From contig OZ243108.1 in assembly GCA_965212375.1 (NCBI GenBank), positions 2,436,353-2,500,352 of the forward strand: a stretch of DNA of 64,000 nt, written 5' to 3'. Origin of the DNA: an uncultured Pseudohongiella sp. GTDB taxonomy: Bacteria; Pseudomonadota; Gammaproteobacteria; Pseudomonadales; Pseudohongiellaceae. The notes under the pieces are model-generated. The model searched no databases. It was not told the origin of the DNA and saw only the letters and a program-made list of their open reading frames with translations. Positions 1 to 9,010 of this stretch are shown here, piece after piece (the first letter of the stretch is position 1; the number at the start of each line of letters is the position of its first letter). The translations under genes and the position numbers were made by a program.

Positions 1-267
1 GACGACAAAGAGGCGGCCGAGTCCTTACTTACCAAGCTCAGCGAGTATGGACTGTTTGCAGTTCCACACGGTGAACTGGAGTCTTGGCTAAGTGACCTAG
101 GAGCAACAGGTCATGGCCCCGACTGGCTTGTAGAGATATTTGAGAAAATTGGAGAAGACCCTGACGATCCAGATTTTCTTAAACCAGCCGACGGTGATGT
201 GTGGTCATTTCTTGACCACTTAAACAATTGGTTTACTAATCCAGCGAAGAAAGGCATTCCGAACTAG
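1..267 (+). CDS. C-terminal fragment of an unidentified protein (5' end outside window)
   Basis: Frame +1 is open from base 1 to TAG at 265-267 (88 codons, ...LFAVPHGELESWLSDLGATGHGPDWLVEIFEKIGEDP...). It is absent from the ORF track because the start lies upstream. No family recognised. Confidence 0.5.
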   Translation, partial: DDKEAAESLLTKLSEYGLFAVPHGELESWLSDLGATGHGPDWLVEIFEKIGEDPDDPDFLKPADGDVWSFLDHLNNWFTNPAKKGIPN

Positions 268-282
268 CCAATTAACCATCAA

Positions 283-301
283 ATCAATCAGGGCGTTATA
301 T
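283..301 (+). other. possible degenerate attC right-hand simple site (AATCAAT-CAGGGC-GTTATAT)
   Basis: Same layout as the clearer sites at 2731-2750, 4135-4154 and 8703-8722 (7-mer, 6-nt spacer xAGGGC, GTTAT core). The 2R-like box ends AAT rather than AAC, and no left half was found. Confidence 0.3.
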
Positions 302-349
302 GCCCGAGTTACTCTGAAACATATTTAGAAATACGCGGTGTAGAAAATA

Positions 350-1381
350 ATGGACAAGAAGTACCAAATCTTTGTTAGCTCTACATATGAAGACTTGAAA
401 GAAGAGCGAGATCAGGCCATTAAGGCCGTTTTAGAAATGGGGCACATTCCTGTAGGTATGGAAATGTTTAGCGCAGCTGATGAAGAGCAATGGAAGTTGA
501 TCGCTAGACAAATAGAGGCTACAGATTATTACATAATAATAGTAGGTCATCGTTATGGGTCTGAGACAGCAGAAGGTATTAGCTACACTGAAAAGGAATA
601 TGACTATGCGAAGTCATGTGGCGTTCCAACCCTTGGTTTTATTATTGATGAGAAAGCATCTTGGCCAGCAGTCAGAATTGACAAAGACACTAAGAAACTT
701 AAGAAGCTTGATAACTTTAAAAAGAAAGTAAAATCAAAGCTCGTGCAATTTTGGTCTGGAAAAGAGGATTTGCATGGAAAAATATCAATCTCGTTGGTTA
801 AGGCTATGAATACCAACCCTCGAACAGGATGGTCAAGAGCAGATGATGAGATTGGAGCAAATGTCACAAGAGAGCTGAGCAGGTTAAGCGCCGAAAATTC
901 GAAGCTCCGAGTTGAGAATGCTAGGTTACTTAACAACCAATTAGAGGCAGTTGATGAGGTAAGGGAAGTCGTCAATATCCTTAACGAGAACACAAGAACT
1001 CTAAGGATTCGATCAGGAGCTTCATTTGACACAGCGACTGAGCATGTTCGTACTTTGCTTCAATTATTTTTATCTGCTGCACCAAACCTTATACTAGAAA
1101 ACACTACAGAAGGAATAGCGGCCAATATTGCATATTCAATTGTAGGTACTAAGTATCATAACTATTGGCCTTTTGGAAAAGTAAATGCTGAGCATCTTAT
1201 AGCTGATTTTTCTGCCTTGGATCTAATAGAACCTTCACAGAAAAAACATCCCGTAAGTGATAAGAGCTCATATTGGTCACTGACAAAATTGGGTAAGCAG
1301 CTCCAAAAGAGGTCTCGAAAAATTCAGTTAGAAGAAGGAATCAGTACTTCAGAAGATACTTTAGACGATGAAAGTATATAA
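350..1381 (+). CDS. DUF4062 domain-containing protein (TIR-like N-terminal domain, coiled coil, unassigned C-terminal domain)
   Basis: 343-aa ORF. The N-terminus shows the DUF4062 signature (IFVSSTYEDLKEER...IPVGMEMF...DYYIIIVGHRYGS...GISYTEKEY), followed by a coiled-coil stretch (SRLSAENSKLRVENARLL). Confidence 0.75.
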   Translation: MDKKYQIFVSSTYEDLKEERDQAIKAVLEMGHIPVGMEMFSAADEEQWKLIARQIEATDYYIIIVGHRYGSETAEGISYTEKEYDYAKSCGVPTLGFIIDEKASWPAVRIDKDTKKLKKLDNFKKKVKSKLVQFWSGKEDLHGKISISLVKAMNTNPRTGWSRADDEIGANVTRELSRLSAENSKLRVENARLLNNQLEAVDEVREVVNILNENTRTLRIRSGASFDTATEHVRTLLQLFLSAAPNLILENTTEGIAANIAYSIVGTKYHNYWPFGKVNAEHLIADFSALDLIEPSQKKHPVSDKSSYWSLTKLGKQLQKRSRKIQLEEGISTSEDTLDDESI

Positions 1382-1455
1382 TAAATCAATCAACTCTGCT
1401 CGGAACCTAACCCGCTTTTGAACACACCTCAATCTACCAATAAGTGAGGTGTGAA

Positions 1456-1785
1456 ATGGCAAGACGCAAGCATTACATTTACTACGATGATGATTTTAAG
1501 GCGACTGCTGTGTCGCTTTCGGAGATTCCTGGCGTACTGGCCAAGCACGTGGCTGAAGCGCTAGATATTCATGAAGTCATGCTCTATCGTTGGCGCATGG
1601 AGATGCGACGAGGGCAAATCATGACCAAGAAGAAAAATATAAATATTGATCCTGAAGTAAAGTCAGAGCTCAAGCGTCTCAGAAAGCTCGAACGAGATCA
1701 CAACCTCCTGAAGGAGGAACATGCCCTTTTAAAAAAAGCCATCCAGTTCTCTTCACAAAGAAAGGGGAAGTCTTCGAATTCATAA
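1456..1785 (+). CDS. IS3-family transposase OrfA (HTH)
   Basis: ATG at 1456 inside track ORF 1444..1785. Typical IS3 OrfA with a leucine-zipper-like C-terminus (LKRLRKLERDHNLLKEEHALLKKA). Confidence 0.85.
   Translation: MARRKHYIYYDDDFKATAVSLSEIPGVLAKHVAEALDIHEVMLYRWRMEMRRGQIMTKKKNINIDPEVKSELKRLRKLERDHNLLKEEHALLKKAIQFSSQRKGKSSNS
1731..1738 (+). promoter_or_regulatory. programmed -1 ribosomal frameshift slippery site (AAAAAAAG) of the IS3 element
   Basis: The A7G run lies near the end of orfA. The -1 frame is open from 1737 into orfB (...SHPVLFTKKGEVFEFINQNRDRHSIALMCRVYNVSRHGF...). Confidence 0.7.
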
Positions 1786-1817
1786 ATCAGAATCGAGATA
1801 GACACAGCATTGCCCTG

Positions 1818-2621
1818 ATGTGCCGGGTGTATAACGTCAGTCGCCATGGTTTCAACTCTTGGAAAAGACGAGGTGTATCGACCAGGCGAAAGGAAGACAG
1901 CGAATGGTTTGTTCTGATCAGGCAGATATTTGAAAAACACGATGGCTGCTATGGCAGCCCCAAGATCACTCGAGAGATTAGGAAGCAAGGGTTAAGGATC
2001 GGCCAGAAGCGAGTAGCTCGTATCATGCGGAATCACGGGCTAAAAGCTGTCAAGGCCACACTCTATAAGTCCAGGCCAGGCTTAAAGCGACATACCCGCT
2101 CGCTGCCATGTCTTATTGAAGATATGAGGCTAACCAGGGTCAATCAACTCTGGGTTGGAGATGTCACATACATCAAGCTCAGGGACGGGAGCTGGCAGTA
2201 TTTGTCAGTGATTATGGATCGTTTTAGTAGGAAGATAGTTTCCTGGTCGCTCAGTGATACCAGAGATAGTAAGCTGACATTATCTTGCCTGCAGCGGGCT
2301 GCAAGAAATCAAGGAATCAGCCGAGGACTTATATTTCATTCTGACAGGGGGACTGAGTACCTGGCCGAGGGATACAGAAAACGGCTACGCCAGTATGGGA
2401 TTGATCAAAGCGTGAATCGAGTGATGCGGATGAATGACAACGCATTTATGGAATCATTTTTCCAGCAGTTCAAGACAGAGAAGATCAAACGGATTTTAAT
2501 AAAAACAACTGACCAGCTCAGAGCGATCATTGCTGAGTATATGCGCTACTACAACTATGAAAGGTCTCATTCATCCATTGGGTATATTTCACCCTATGAA
2601 TATGAGTGTAGAATGCAGTGA
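1818..2621 (+). CDS. IS3-family transposase OrfB (DDE/integrase core), expressed as OrfAB fusion
   Basis: 267-aa ORF in the -1 frame relative to orfA. rve-type motifs present (WVGDVTYI..., HSDRGTEY, NAFMESFF...E). Confidence 0.85.
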   Translation: MCRVYNVSRHGFNSWKRRGVSTRRKEDSEWFVLIRQIFEKHDGCYGSPKITREIRKQGLRIGQKRVARIMRNHGLKAVKATLYKSRPGLKRHTRSLPCLIEDMRLTRVNQLWVGDVTYIKLRDGSWQYLSVIMDRFSRKIVSWSLSDTRDSKLTLSCLQRAARNQGISRGLIFHSDRGTEYLAEGYRKRLRQYGIDQSVNRVMRMNDNAFMESFFQQFKTEKIKRILIKTTDQLRAIIAEYMRYYNYERSHSSIGYISPYEYECRMQ

Positions 2622-2730
2622 TAACTAATGGGTGTATGCAAAAGCGGGTTAAGTTCCGACACAGCCTGCTCCGCACGGTTTGCGAATGGCTTCACCATTC
2701 CATCGCAAACCGCGCTCCACAGACTGTGCC

Positions 2731-2750
2731 CATTACTAAGGGCGTTATGT
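2731..2750 (+). other. attC right-hand simple site (2R CATTACT, spacer AAGGGC, 1R GTTATGT); left half disrupted or absent next to IS3
   Basis: Same layout as 4135-4154. It is preceded by a long imperfect stem (2676-2717, CGGTTTGCGAATGG / CCATTCCATCGCAAACCG). GTTATGTG is complementary to CACATAAC at 4052-4059. Confidence 0.45.
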
Positions 2751-2835
2751 GCTTCAACGCGTCAGCTTCCGACCCAAAGCAGACTACTGTGACTTTTTCT
2801 ATTTTTCTTCGTCTAATTCCTAGTAACCCGGAGAA

Positions 2836-3939
2836 TTGGATATGAAGAATTTCGCCTTATTTGCCAGCCTGCTGATTTCACTGACTTTTCCGTTCCCAGT
2901 ACAGAGTCAATCGCCCTCTTTCTCCAATGAGGTCGACAAGCTGCTCGAAAGCACCTTTAGCCAAGCAGATCCAGGAATCGCTGTCGTGATAACAAAGCGA
3001 GGAGAAACAATTTACATGGGGGCCTTTGGCTCGGCTAATCTGGAGCTGCAAAAAGCACTTAATGTAGAGATGCCTTTTGAAATCGCATCAATAACCAAGC
3101 AAATAACCTCAGCGGCAATTCTAATGCTTGAAGACCAAGGAAAGCTGAGCATCAGCGACACGCTATCAAAATACTTTCCAGATCACCCTTCTCCCAATGC
3201 CACTCTTGAGCAGCTCATGCAGAATATCTCCGGAATTTTTGTCCCTGACCACTCAATGGGTTCGAATCATGTACGAGAGGATCTAAGCCGGGAAGATAGG
3301 TATGAACTAATAGTTTCTGGAGCGCCTTATTTCGAGCCAGGTGAAAGATACGCATATAGCAACTCAGGATATTGGCTACTGGGGGATATTATTGAGCAAG
3401 TATCTGGATTACCGTACGGTGAATTTGTTAGTCAATATATATTTGAGCCTTTAGGTATGGCCAACTCACACTACGGTTCTCACAGAGAAATAATTCCTAA
3501 TAGGGTTTCCGGCTATGACTATACTGACGAAGGAATTGTCAATGCCAGCTATACAAGTGAAACGTGGTCGTACTCGGCAGGTGGTTTGATATCTTCTGCA
3601 GTAGACATTGCGAAGTGGAACAATGCTTTGTTTGCCGGGCGTGTCATACCAATATCGAGCGTAGAAAAAATGACAACTCCGGCGATCTTAAATAGTGGAG
3701 AAACAATTCCCTATGGGTATGGGTTAGCTCTAGGAGAATTCAATGGATCTGGAACTGCTGGACACGGAGGTGGACACTCAGGATTTTTAATTCACTCAGA
3801 GCGCTTGATCGATGAAGAGATCTTCGTAGTAGTATTAGCAAATAGTTTCTATGTTACCAATGGGTATCGTCCCCCAGATCCCAAGAATCCTGCTTTAATC
3901 GCAAGACGTCTGGCACAAATGGCAATGGACGAATTATAG
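2836..3939 (+). CDS. serine hydrolase, beta-lactamase/PBP4*-family (secreted)
   Basis: 367-aa ORF with an N-terminal signal peptide, an SxxK motif (SITKQ), a YxN motif (YSNSGY) and an HGG box. Confidence 0.8.
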   Translation: MDMKNFALFASLLISLTFPFPVQSQSPSFSNEVDKLLESTFSQADPGIAVVITKRGETIYMGAFGSANLELQKALNVEMPFEIASITKQITSAAILMLEDQGKLSISDTLSKYFPDHPSPNATLEQLMQNISGIFVPDHSMGSNHVREDLSREDRYELIVSGAPYFEPGERYAYSNSGYWLLGDIIEQVSGLPYGEFVSQYIFEPLGMANSHYGSHREIIPNRVSGYDYTDEGIVNASYTSETWSYSAGGLISSAVDIAKWNNALFAGRVIPISSVEKMTTPAILNSGETIPYGYGLALGEFNGSGTAGHGGGHSGFLIHSERLIDEEIFVVVLANSFYVTNGYRPPDPKNPALIARRLAQMAMDEL

Positions 3940-4052
3940 CGATTTAGGAACAACTGTTTGTTGGAAGTAGATTACACAAGTTACTTCTATGTATGTGTAA
4001 TTCTGGCACGAAGCTGTCTTTAGACCAGAATCCTATTGTAAATGCGACCAAC

Positions 4053-4154
4053 ACATAACAAGCTGTTCCTGAGCGACCAAGGTAAATTGTCACAGCTCTT
4101 GCTTGCACAACCGCCGCGCCAATTCACCTTGGCGCCAGAACAAGGGCGTTATGT
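4053..4154 (+). other. integron attC recombination site (intact, about 102 bp)
   Basis: 1L ACATAAC, 5 nt, 2L GTTCCTG ... 2R CCAGAAC, AAGGGC, 1R GTTATGT. The arms (about 4046-4090 and 4119-4160) are complementary except for an unpaired spacer (AAGC versus GCCCT) and bulged bases. Confidence 0.7.
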
Positions 4155-4206
4155 GTTTCGAAGCGTTGGCTTCTGGCCGATTGCTTCCCTTATTGAAGAA
4201 TAATTA

Positions 4207-5256
4207 GTGAAAGAGAAAATGGAATACTCGCCTCTTGGTAACACTGGGCTCTACGTCTCTCGACTATGCTTGGGAACGATGAATTTTGGGCAGGGCCCAA
4301 TGAGTGCGCGTATTGGCAGTATGGGAGAAAAAGAAGTACAGGAACTGGTTGACCGTGCGTTTGATGTTGGGATCAACTTCTTCGACACGGCAAATCTATA
4401 CACAATGGGCGAGTCAGAGGTGTTACTTGGTAAAGCAATAGGGAATCGACGCGAGGAATCGGTAATCGCGACCAAGGTCTATAATCCCTTTTCAGGTGAT
4501 ATGAATTCGCTTGGAACGAGTAGGAAGGCGATCATGCGTGAGGCAGAGTCAAGCCTCAAAAGGTTGGGAACAGATTATATTGACCTCTACCAGGTACACT
4601 CATGGGATCCGACAACTCCGCTCGAAGAAACTCTTTCAGCACTCGACGACTTGGTAAGAAGCGGCAAGGTTCGTTACATTGGACTATCAAACTTTACCGG
4701 TTGGCAAATCGCGCGAGCTCACGGTATCTCTGAAGCCAGGGGCTTCCATAAGTTTATTTCGGCCCAGTCTTATTATTCTCTGGTAGGAAGGGAGCTTGAA
4801 TACGAGGTGCTTCCTGCTGCCCGCGATTTGCAGGTGGGGATCATGGTTTGGAGCCCACTTGCTAGTGGTTTCCTTAGCGGAAAGTACACGGGAAAGGACG
4901 GGGAACCAGGCAGGCGGACCACGGCTTCATTCCCACCAGTGAGTCAGCAGCAAGGTGATGCAGTTGTCGAGGTGTTAAGGGAGATAGCCTCAGCACAAGA
5001 TGCAACCCCGGCACAGATTGCACTCGCCTGGTTGCTTCATCAGCAGGGAGTCACAAGTGTAATCATCGGAGCGCGCCGCATCGAACAGTTTGAAGACAAT
5101 ATTCGGTCAGTCCAAATCAGCCTATCTGATGACGAAATAGCCCAATTGAATAGAGTTAGCCAGCCGGCAACACCTTTTACATACACGGATTTCAGCCTTC
5201 AGCGCGGTCAAACACTAGAGGAAAGATTAGCTCAAGTGGAAAATTCCGGTAAGTAA
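4207..5256 (+). CDS. aldo/keto reductase family oxidoreductase
   Basis: 349-aa ORF (alternative ATG at 4219). Typical AKR motifs present (GTMNFG, FFDTANLY, LYQVHSWD, GLSNF). Confidence 0.85.
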   Translation: MKEKMEYSPLGNTGLYVSRLCLGTMNFGQGPMSARIGSMGEKEVQELVDRAFDVGINFFDTANLYTMGESEVLLGKAIGNRREESVIATKVYNPFSGDMNSLGTSRKAIMREAESSLKRLGTDYIDLYQVHSWDPTTPLEETLSALDDLVRSGKVRYIGLSNFTGWQIARAHGISEARGFHKFISAQSYYSLVGRELEYEVLPAARDLQVGIMVWSPLASGFLSGKYTGKDGEPGRRTTASFPPVSQQQGDAVVEVLREIASAQDATPAQIALAWLLHQQGVTSVIIGARRIEQFEDNIRSVQISLSDDEIAQLNRVSQPATPFTYTDFSLQRGQTLEERLAQVENSGK

Positions 5257-5471
5257 TACACGGAATCGTTACATGTGGGGGAAAAGACATAAGCGATCTG
5301 ATCAGGAAGCGGAACGTCTCCATCAACAGAAAGAAAGGTTTTCGACGAAAGTGCGCTGAATTTCGGTTCGGAAATTCAAAGCTTACGTCAGCTATCGACC
5401 CAAAACGGACTGAACATCCCGATACGTCGATTTGAGAGAATTATCTGATTCTTACGCGAGTTGTCGCAAAC

Positions 5472-7058
5472 TTGGCTTGGCAGAGGTGCCTTGTGAGAAT
5501 ACTGGAGTGGTTGCTCGTTATTGTTCTGATGGTCAACCTCCTGCCATTTTTAAGCACACGGCTAGGAGAAAAGCTCAGCCGTGCTTTTCTTCTTGCAGTA
5601 CTCGTCGCTCATCTTCTGCTTGAAGGCATGAGATGGCAGATGGCTATTGCCTATCTGCTTGCTGTCGCTACGGTTCTTCTTTCAGTGTTGTCTCTGCCGT
5701 CGCCAACCTGGCTCAAGCGACTTGGGATCAGCACTGCGATTTTACTGCTTGGCCTGTCGGCCGTACTTGGCAGCGTATTCCAAATTAGCCCTATCCCCAA
5801 GCCCAATGGTGCTTATCAGGTTGGTACATTCAGCGGCTACTTGACTGACACTTCGAGGGTGGAAAGGTTCGATCCGAGTAGGAATCGAGGTTTGGAGTTC
5901 CGAATCTGGTATCCGGCTATTGTAAATGACGCAGACAAGTATGAGAAGAACACGCTCTTTAGCGAGCTCTACAGCGGTGGCTCAGATTGGCTTTCACTGC
6001 TATTTGGCTACATGGAGTACATCGAGACAAATTCGTTAGTCCATGCTCCCGTGTCTGCCGAAGGTCCATTCCCGCTCATTCTGTTCAATCATGGCCTCTA
6101 TATGGTAGTGGACGAAAGTCCTCAACTTATGGAGCATCTCGCAAGCCATGGCTATGTAGTGGCTTCACTAACTCATCCGTTTGAAAGCGCAAAGGTCAAT
6201 CGCCCGGATGGAGGCTTCGACAGATTCGCAATGCCAACAGACTATCCAGGAGACGTTGGCTTTACTGGCGAGGAAGTTAGCGATGGAGGTATTGGTAGCA
6301 CGCTGGATCAATACAGAGGCGAAGAGTTCTCTCAGATCATGGCTGCACTTTATGCCTACACGGATCACTTTCACGACGCAACAAGCAATGCCGAGCGAAG
6401 CGCCACTATTCAAGCAGCGCTTAACGACGATAAGATCAGCGTTCTCGGAGAAGTCTTATCAGCGGAAAACCTGGAAAACTTTTTTCGAATAAGACAGCAA
6501 GTACGCAATCGCTCAACGGCGTACTGGGTTGAGGATCAGCAGTTCTTCCTGAATGCTATCTCAACATTCGAGGCGCCCGTTGAAGGGTTCGCTGCGGCAG
6601 TTGATATAAACAATGTCGGAGTGATGGGCTTCTCTTACGGTGGTTCCGCTGCAGGCGCTTTCTGCAAGGTGGATATACGATGTTCCGCAGGGATAAACCT
6701 CGATGGGACCCAGTTTGGATCTGACTGGAATGTATCCGTGCCCGCGCCGTTCTTGCACGTCTATTCCGACACCAATACACACGGCAACGCTTACGCCTAC
6801 TATCCGCCAGGACCAGATTTCCAGGATGTCCACTTGCCTGGCACAGAGCATCAGGATTTCATTGGGGCCTTGGCGATGTTTCCAATCATCAACTTCTTCA
6901 GAGAGGAGGGAAGGTTAAGCTTTCAGGAGATTGCCACGCTTAAGAACGGCTTGGTCTTATCATTCTTCGATGAGTACTTAAGGGGTAAATCTGGAGAACT
7001 TGAAAGCTACTTGCGAGAAACGTCTAATCGTATTCGCGTTTTATACCCCCAGCAATAG
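5472..7058 (+). CDS. membrane-anchored alpha/beta hydrolase (PAF-acetylhydrolase/dienelactone-hydrolase-like)
   Basis: 528-aa ORF with N-terminal hydrophobic helices and a GxSxG nucleophile elbow (GFSYGG). The start codon is uncertain (TTG at 5472). Confidence 0.7.
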   Translation: MAWQRCLVRILEWLLVIVLMVNLLPFLSTRLGEKLSRAFLLAVLVAHLLLEGMRWQMAIAYLLAVATVLLSVLSLPSPTWLKRLGISTAILLLGLSAVLGSVFQISPIPKPNGAYQVGTFSGYLTDTSRVERFDPSRNRGLEFRIWYPAIVNDADKYEKNTLFSELYSGGSDWLSLLFGYMEYIETNSLVHAPVSAEGPFPLILFNHGLYMVVDESPQLMEHLASHGYVVASLTHPFESAKVNRPDGGFDRFAMPTDYPGDVGFTGEEVSDGGIGSTLDQYRGEEFSQIMAALYAYTDHFHDATSNAERSATIQAALNDDKISVLGEVLSAENLENFFRIRQQVRNRSTAYWVEDQQFFLNAISTFEAPVEGFAAAVDINNVGVMGFSYGGSAAGAFCKVDIRCSAGINLDGTQFGSDWNVSVPAPFLHVYSDTNTHGNAYAYYPPGPDFQDVHLPGTEHQDFIGALAMFPIINFFREEGRLSFQEIATLKNGLVLSFFDEYLRGKSGELESYLRETSNRIRVLYPQQ

Positions 7059-7116
7059 TATCGTGATCGGCACAAAGCAGGCCATAGGTCAGAGTATCTT
7101 TGTTAACGAGACCAAC

Positions 7117-7137
7117 ACATAACAATACGCTTTGAGT
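7117..7137 (+). other. attC left half (1L ACATAAC, AATAC, 2L-like GCTTTGAG), separated from its right half by an IS
   Basis: Complementary to 8536-8554 (CTCGAAAGG-ATT-GTTATGA). AACACATAAC (7114-7123) is the reverse complement of GTTATGTGTT (4148-4157). Confidence 0.6.
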
Positions 7138-8500
7138 TGGTCGTGAACCCATATTAGTCATGCAGCCATGGCATTGCTTTTCTGCAAAGCGAATAAATAG
7201 GTTGACTCATCGTAGGGTGTATTGGTCTGCCAGCACCTGAACAGAATACTGATCCACTTGAATGCGAGCATGCAAAGGATTGCCTGGTGTGACTTTCCTT
7301 CGTTGCGCTTTCTGTCATAAAACGCCTTGGCCCAATAGGAATATCGTCGCGTCTGATTAGCCCACTCCACGAAGGTCTGCCTGAGGAACTTGGGACAACA
7401 GTAGCGCCAATGAACCCAAGTCTTGGTGCCGCTGCGTTCCGTGACTGGCGCTACACCAGAGTACCGGGCGATCTCCTCGGCGGAACTGTAGCGCGTTCGA
7501 TCAGTTCCCAGAGCGACAAGCAGGCGTGGTCCGAAGACGGCGCCGGCGCCGGCGCCTGGCAGAGAATCGAACAGCTCATACTCGGCATGAGCCTGGCAGC
7601 GACTGGCGATGTCGAGATCGTATTCCTGGATTGTCAGCAGTAACTGACGGAGCTGCCGGGTCAGTGCGACGGTGCGCTTTTCGAACGGCACTAGAGTGCC
7701 TTCATCGTCCGTCAGGGGCATAGCCTTGCGGATGGCCGTGAGCCGTCTGGCCATGACCTCGGCCCGCCCACAGCGCCGGGACTTGAAGAAGTCCATGAGC
7801 GCCATATCGGACTCGGCCTGAGCATGGCCCAGGGTGGGCCAGCGGATGACGAAGTCACAGAACAACAAGGTATCGATATCGCCAAACCACTGTAATACCT
7901 AGGGATAGTAGGCCTTGAGCGAAGACGTCAGAGCATTGGTCAGATCGACTTTTTGATGCACAAAATCACGACGATCCTCTACAAGCCGCTGCAGAATGCG
8001 GGTCTTTGAATCCTCCGGTGCCAGCGGCCTAAGTGACTCCGGGTGTTTCAGCAAATAGTCCAATTGTAGAGCGGCGTCGGTCGGCTCATCCTTGGCGCCG
8101 CCCTGTAAGAATGAACCCCGATATCTTGCCAGGGCCCTGGGCGAGATCGGGAACAGGGTGATAAACGGGTATTTCAGCAAAGCCGATACTACCGGCCCGG
8201 CCTGGAGCTCCAGGCAAATGGCCACGGGCCGGCCCCGAAATCGCTTCTGCAGGGCGCGGGCCCAGCTGTCAATGGCCTCGGGGGAATGCTGGATTACTCC
8301 ATATTCCAAATCCCCTTTAGGTCCGGCCTTGAGGCAGAAATCATGCTTTTGGTAGGCCCAGTCCAGACCGATACGGGCGGCGAATCGCGGTGTTTGAGAC
8401 TTCATAAAGGCCCCCTGTTGTTGTACAGTTGAGTGGCTGTAGGGGTATGCAGCTTACTTCTTCGAAATGATTATAGATAAGTCGGTGTCACGACGATCTC
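7138..8500 (-). mobile_element. IS110-family (IS1111-like) insertion sequence inserted inside an attC site (boundaries approximate)
   Basis: Carries a DEDD-type transposase. TGAGT is present on both flanks (7133-7137 and 8501-8505). Joining the flanks restores a roughly 70-bp attC-like palindrome. Only weak subterminal repeats are seen (GTCGTGA). Confidence 0.65.
7158..8405 (-). pseudogene. IS110-family transposase interrupted by a single in-frame TAG
   Basis: Track ORFs 7899..8405 (N-terminal DEDD domain) and 7158..7868 (C-terminal Transposase_20-like, GVAPVTERSG) are in the same frame. They are separated only by the stop at 7899-7901 and would read through as 415 aa. Confidence 0.7.
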
Positions 8501-8554
8501 TGAGTATTCGTTAGCGAAGTAAGCACACCCGGTGGCTCGAAAGGATTGTTATGA
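8501..8554 (+). other. attC right half (central region, 2R-like CTCGAAA, 1R GTTATGA)
   Basis: CTCGAAAGG-ATT-GTTATGA (8536-8554) pairs with ACATAAC-AATAC-GCTTTGAG (7117-7136), leaving one bulged base. Confidence 0.55.
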
Positions 8555-8702
8555 GCATCAGGTGCTTCAATTCAATTGTTCGTAGCTACCGGGTGCATAC
8601 CTTCTTTAAGAATACAGTTTTTGGATCTGCAATACTGACCATTCAAGAAGGTCGAACAACTATAATCAGTTCAATCAAGGACAAACCGTTGCACGGTTTT
8701 CC

Positions 8703-8722
8703 CATTAACAAGGGAGTTATGT
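8703..8722 (+). other. attC right-hand simple site (2R CATTAAC, AAGGGA, 1R GTTATGT)
   Basis: Same layout as the other sites. The left half of this site is not confidently located. GTTATGTTCC (8716-8725) is the reverse complement of GGAACATAAC (9002-9011). Confidence 0.45.
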
Positions 8723-8830
8723 TCCTTGCTAAAGAAAGTGCATGAACAAAGACAAATTACAAAATGGGCATCATGAATGTTGTATTAGCGGAAAATTAGC
8801 AGCCGCATTTTAAGAAATACGGAGAAGGTA

Positions 8831-9010
8831 TTGAAACACGATTACAAGAAAGGCATTGGTCTCGGGACCATATTCTTCGTCGCTTTCTGGCTAACATTCG
8901 ATAATCTCGCACTAGGCATAGGGCTGGGAGTCGCGATGGGTGTTGCTCTTTCTGAAACTCCAGAACCAAAGAAAAACAGCGAGAACAATGTCAGTGACAA
9001 CGGAACATAA
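8831..9010 (+). CDS. small hydrophobic protein (59 aa), cassette-borne
   Basis: TTG start preceded by GGAGAAGG. It encodes LKHDYKKGIGLGTIFFVAFWLTFDNLALGIGLGVAMGVAL... The stop codon TAA lies within the ACATAAC core of the next attC. It is below the ORF-track size cutoff. Confidence 0.4.
   Translation: MKHDYKKGIGLGTIFFVAFWLTFDNLALGIGLGVAMGVALSETPEPKKNSENNVSDNGT

Larger units (their letters stand above)
1397..2661 (+). mobile_element. IS3-family insertion sequence (1265 bp)
   Basis: Terminal inverted repeats of about 33 bp, TG...CA type: TGCTCGGAACCTAACCCGCTTTTGAACACACC at 1397 matches the reverse complement of the 2661 end, TGTCGGAACTTAACCCGCTTTTGCATACACC. It encloses orfA/orfB with a -1 frameshift site. 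No target-site duplication is visible (CTC versus CAG). Confidence 0.85.

Noticed and set aside
268-301. Complete short attC between the truncated first gene and the DUF4062 gene
   Set aside because: Only a right-hand-like half (AATCAAT-CAGGGC-GTTATAT) is visible. No complementary left half or AAC core was found upstream, so only a low-confidence half-site is reported.
1402-2658. AACCTAAC...GTTAAGT inverted pair first taken for the cores of a short attC split by the IS
   Set aside because: The complementarity extends over about 33 bp and ends in TG...CA. These are therefore the terminal inverted repeats of the IS3-family element itself, not an attC.
7158-8405. Two separate genes (168 aa and 236 aa)
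   Set aside because: They are the N- and C-terminal halves of one IS110-family transposase in the same frame, split by a single TAG. They are reported as one interrupted gene.
8551-8745. 64-aa ORF (also 2618..2845, 75 aa)
   Set aside because: Both run straight through attC-like core sequences, and 2618..2845 also starts inside the IS3 end. No RBS is present, so they are likely non-coding cassette or attC sequence.
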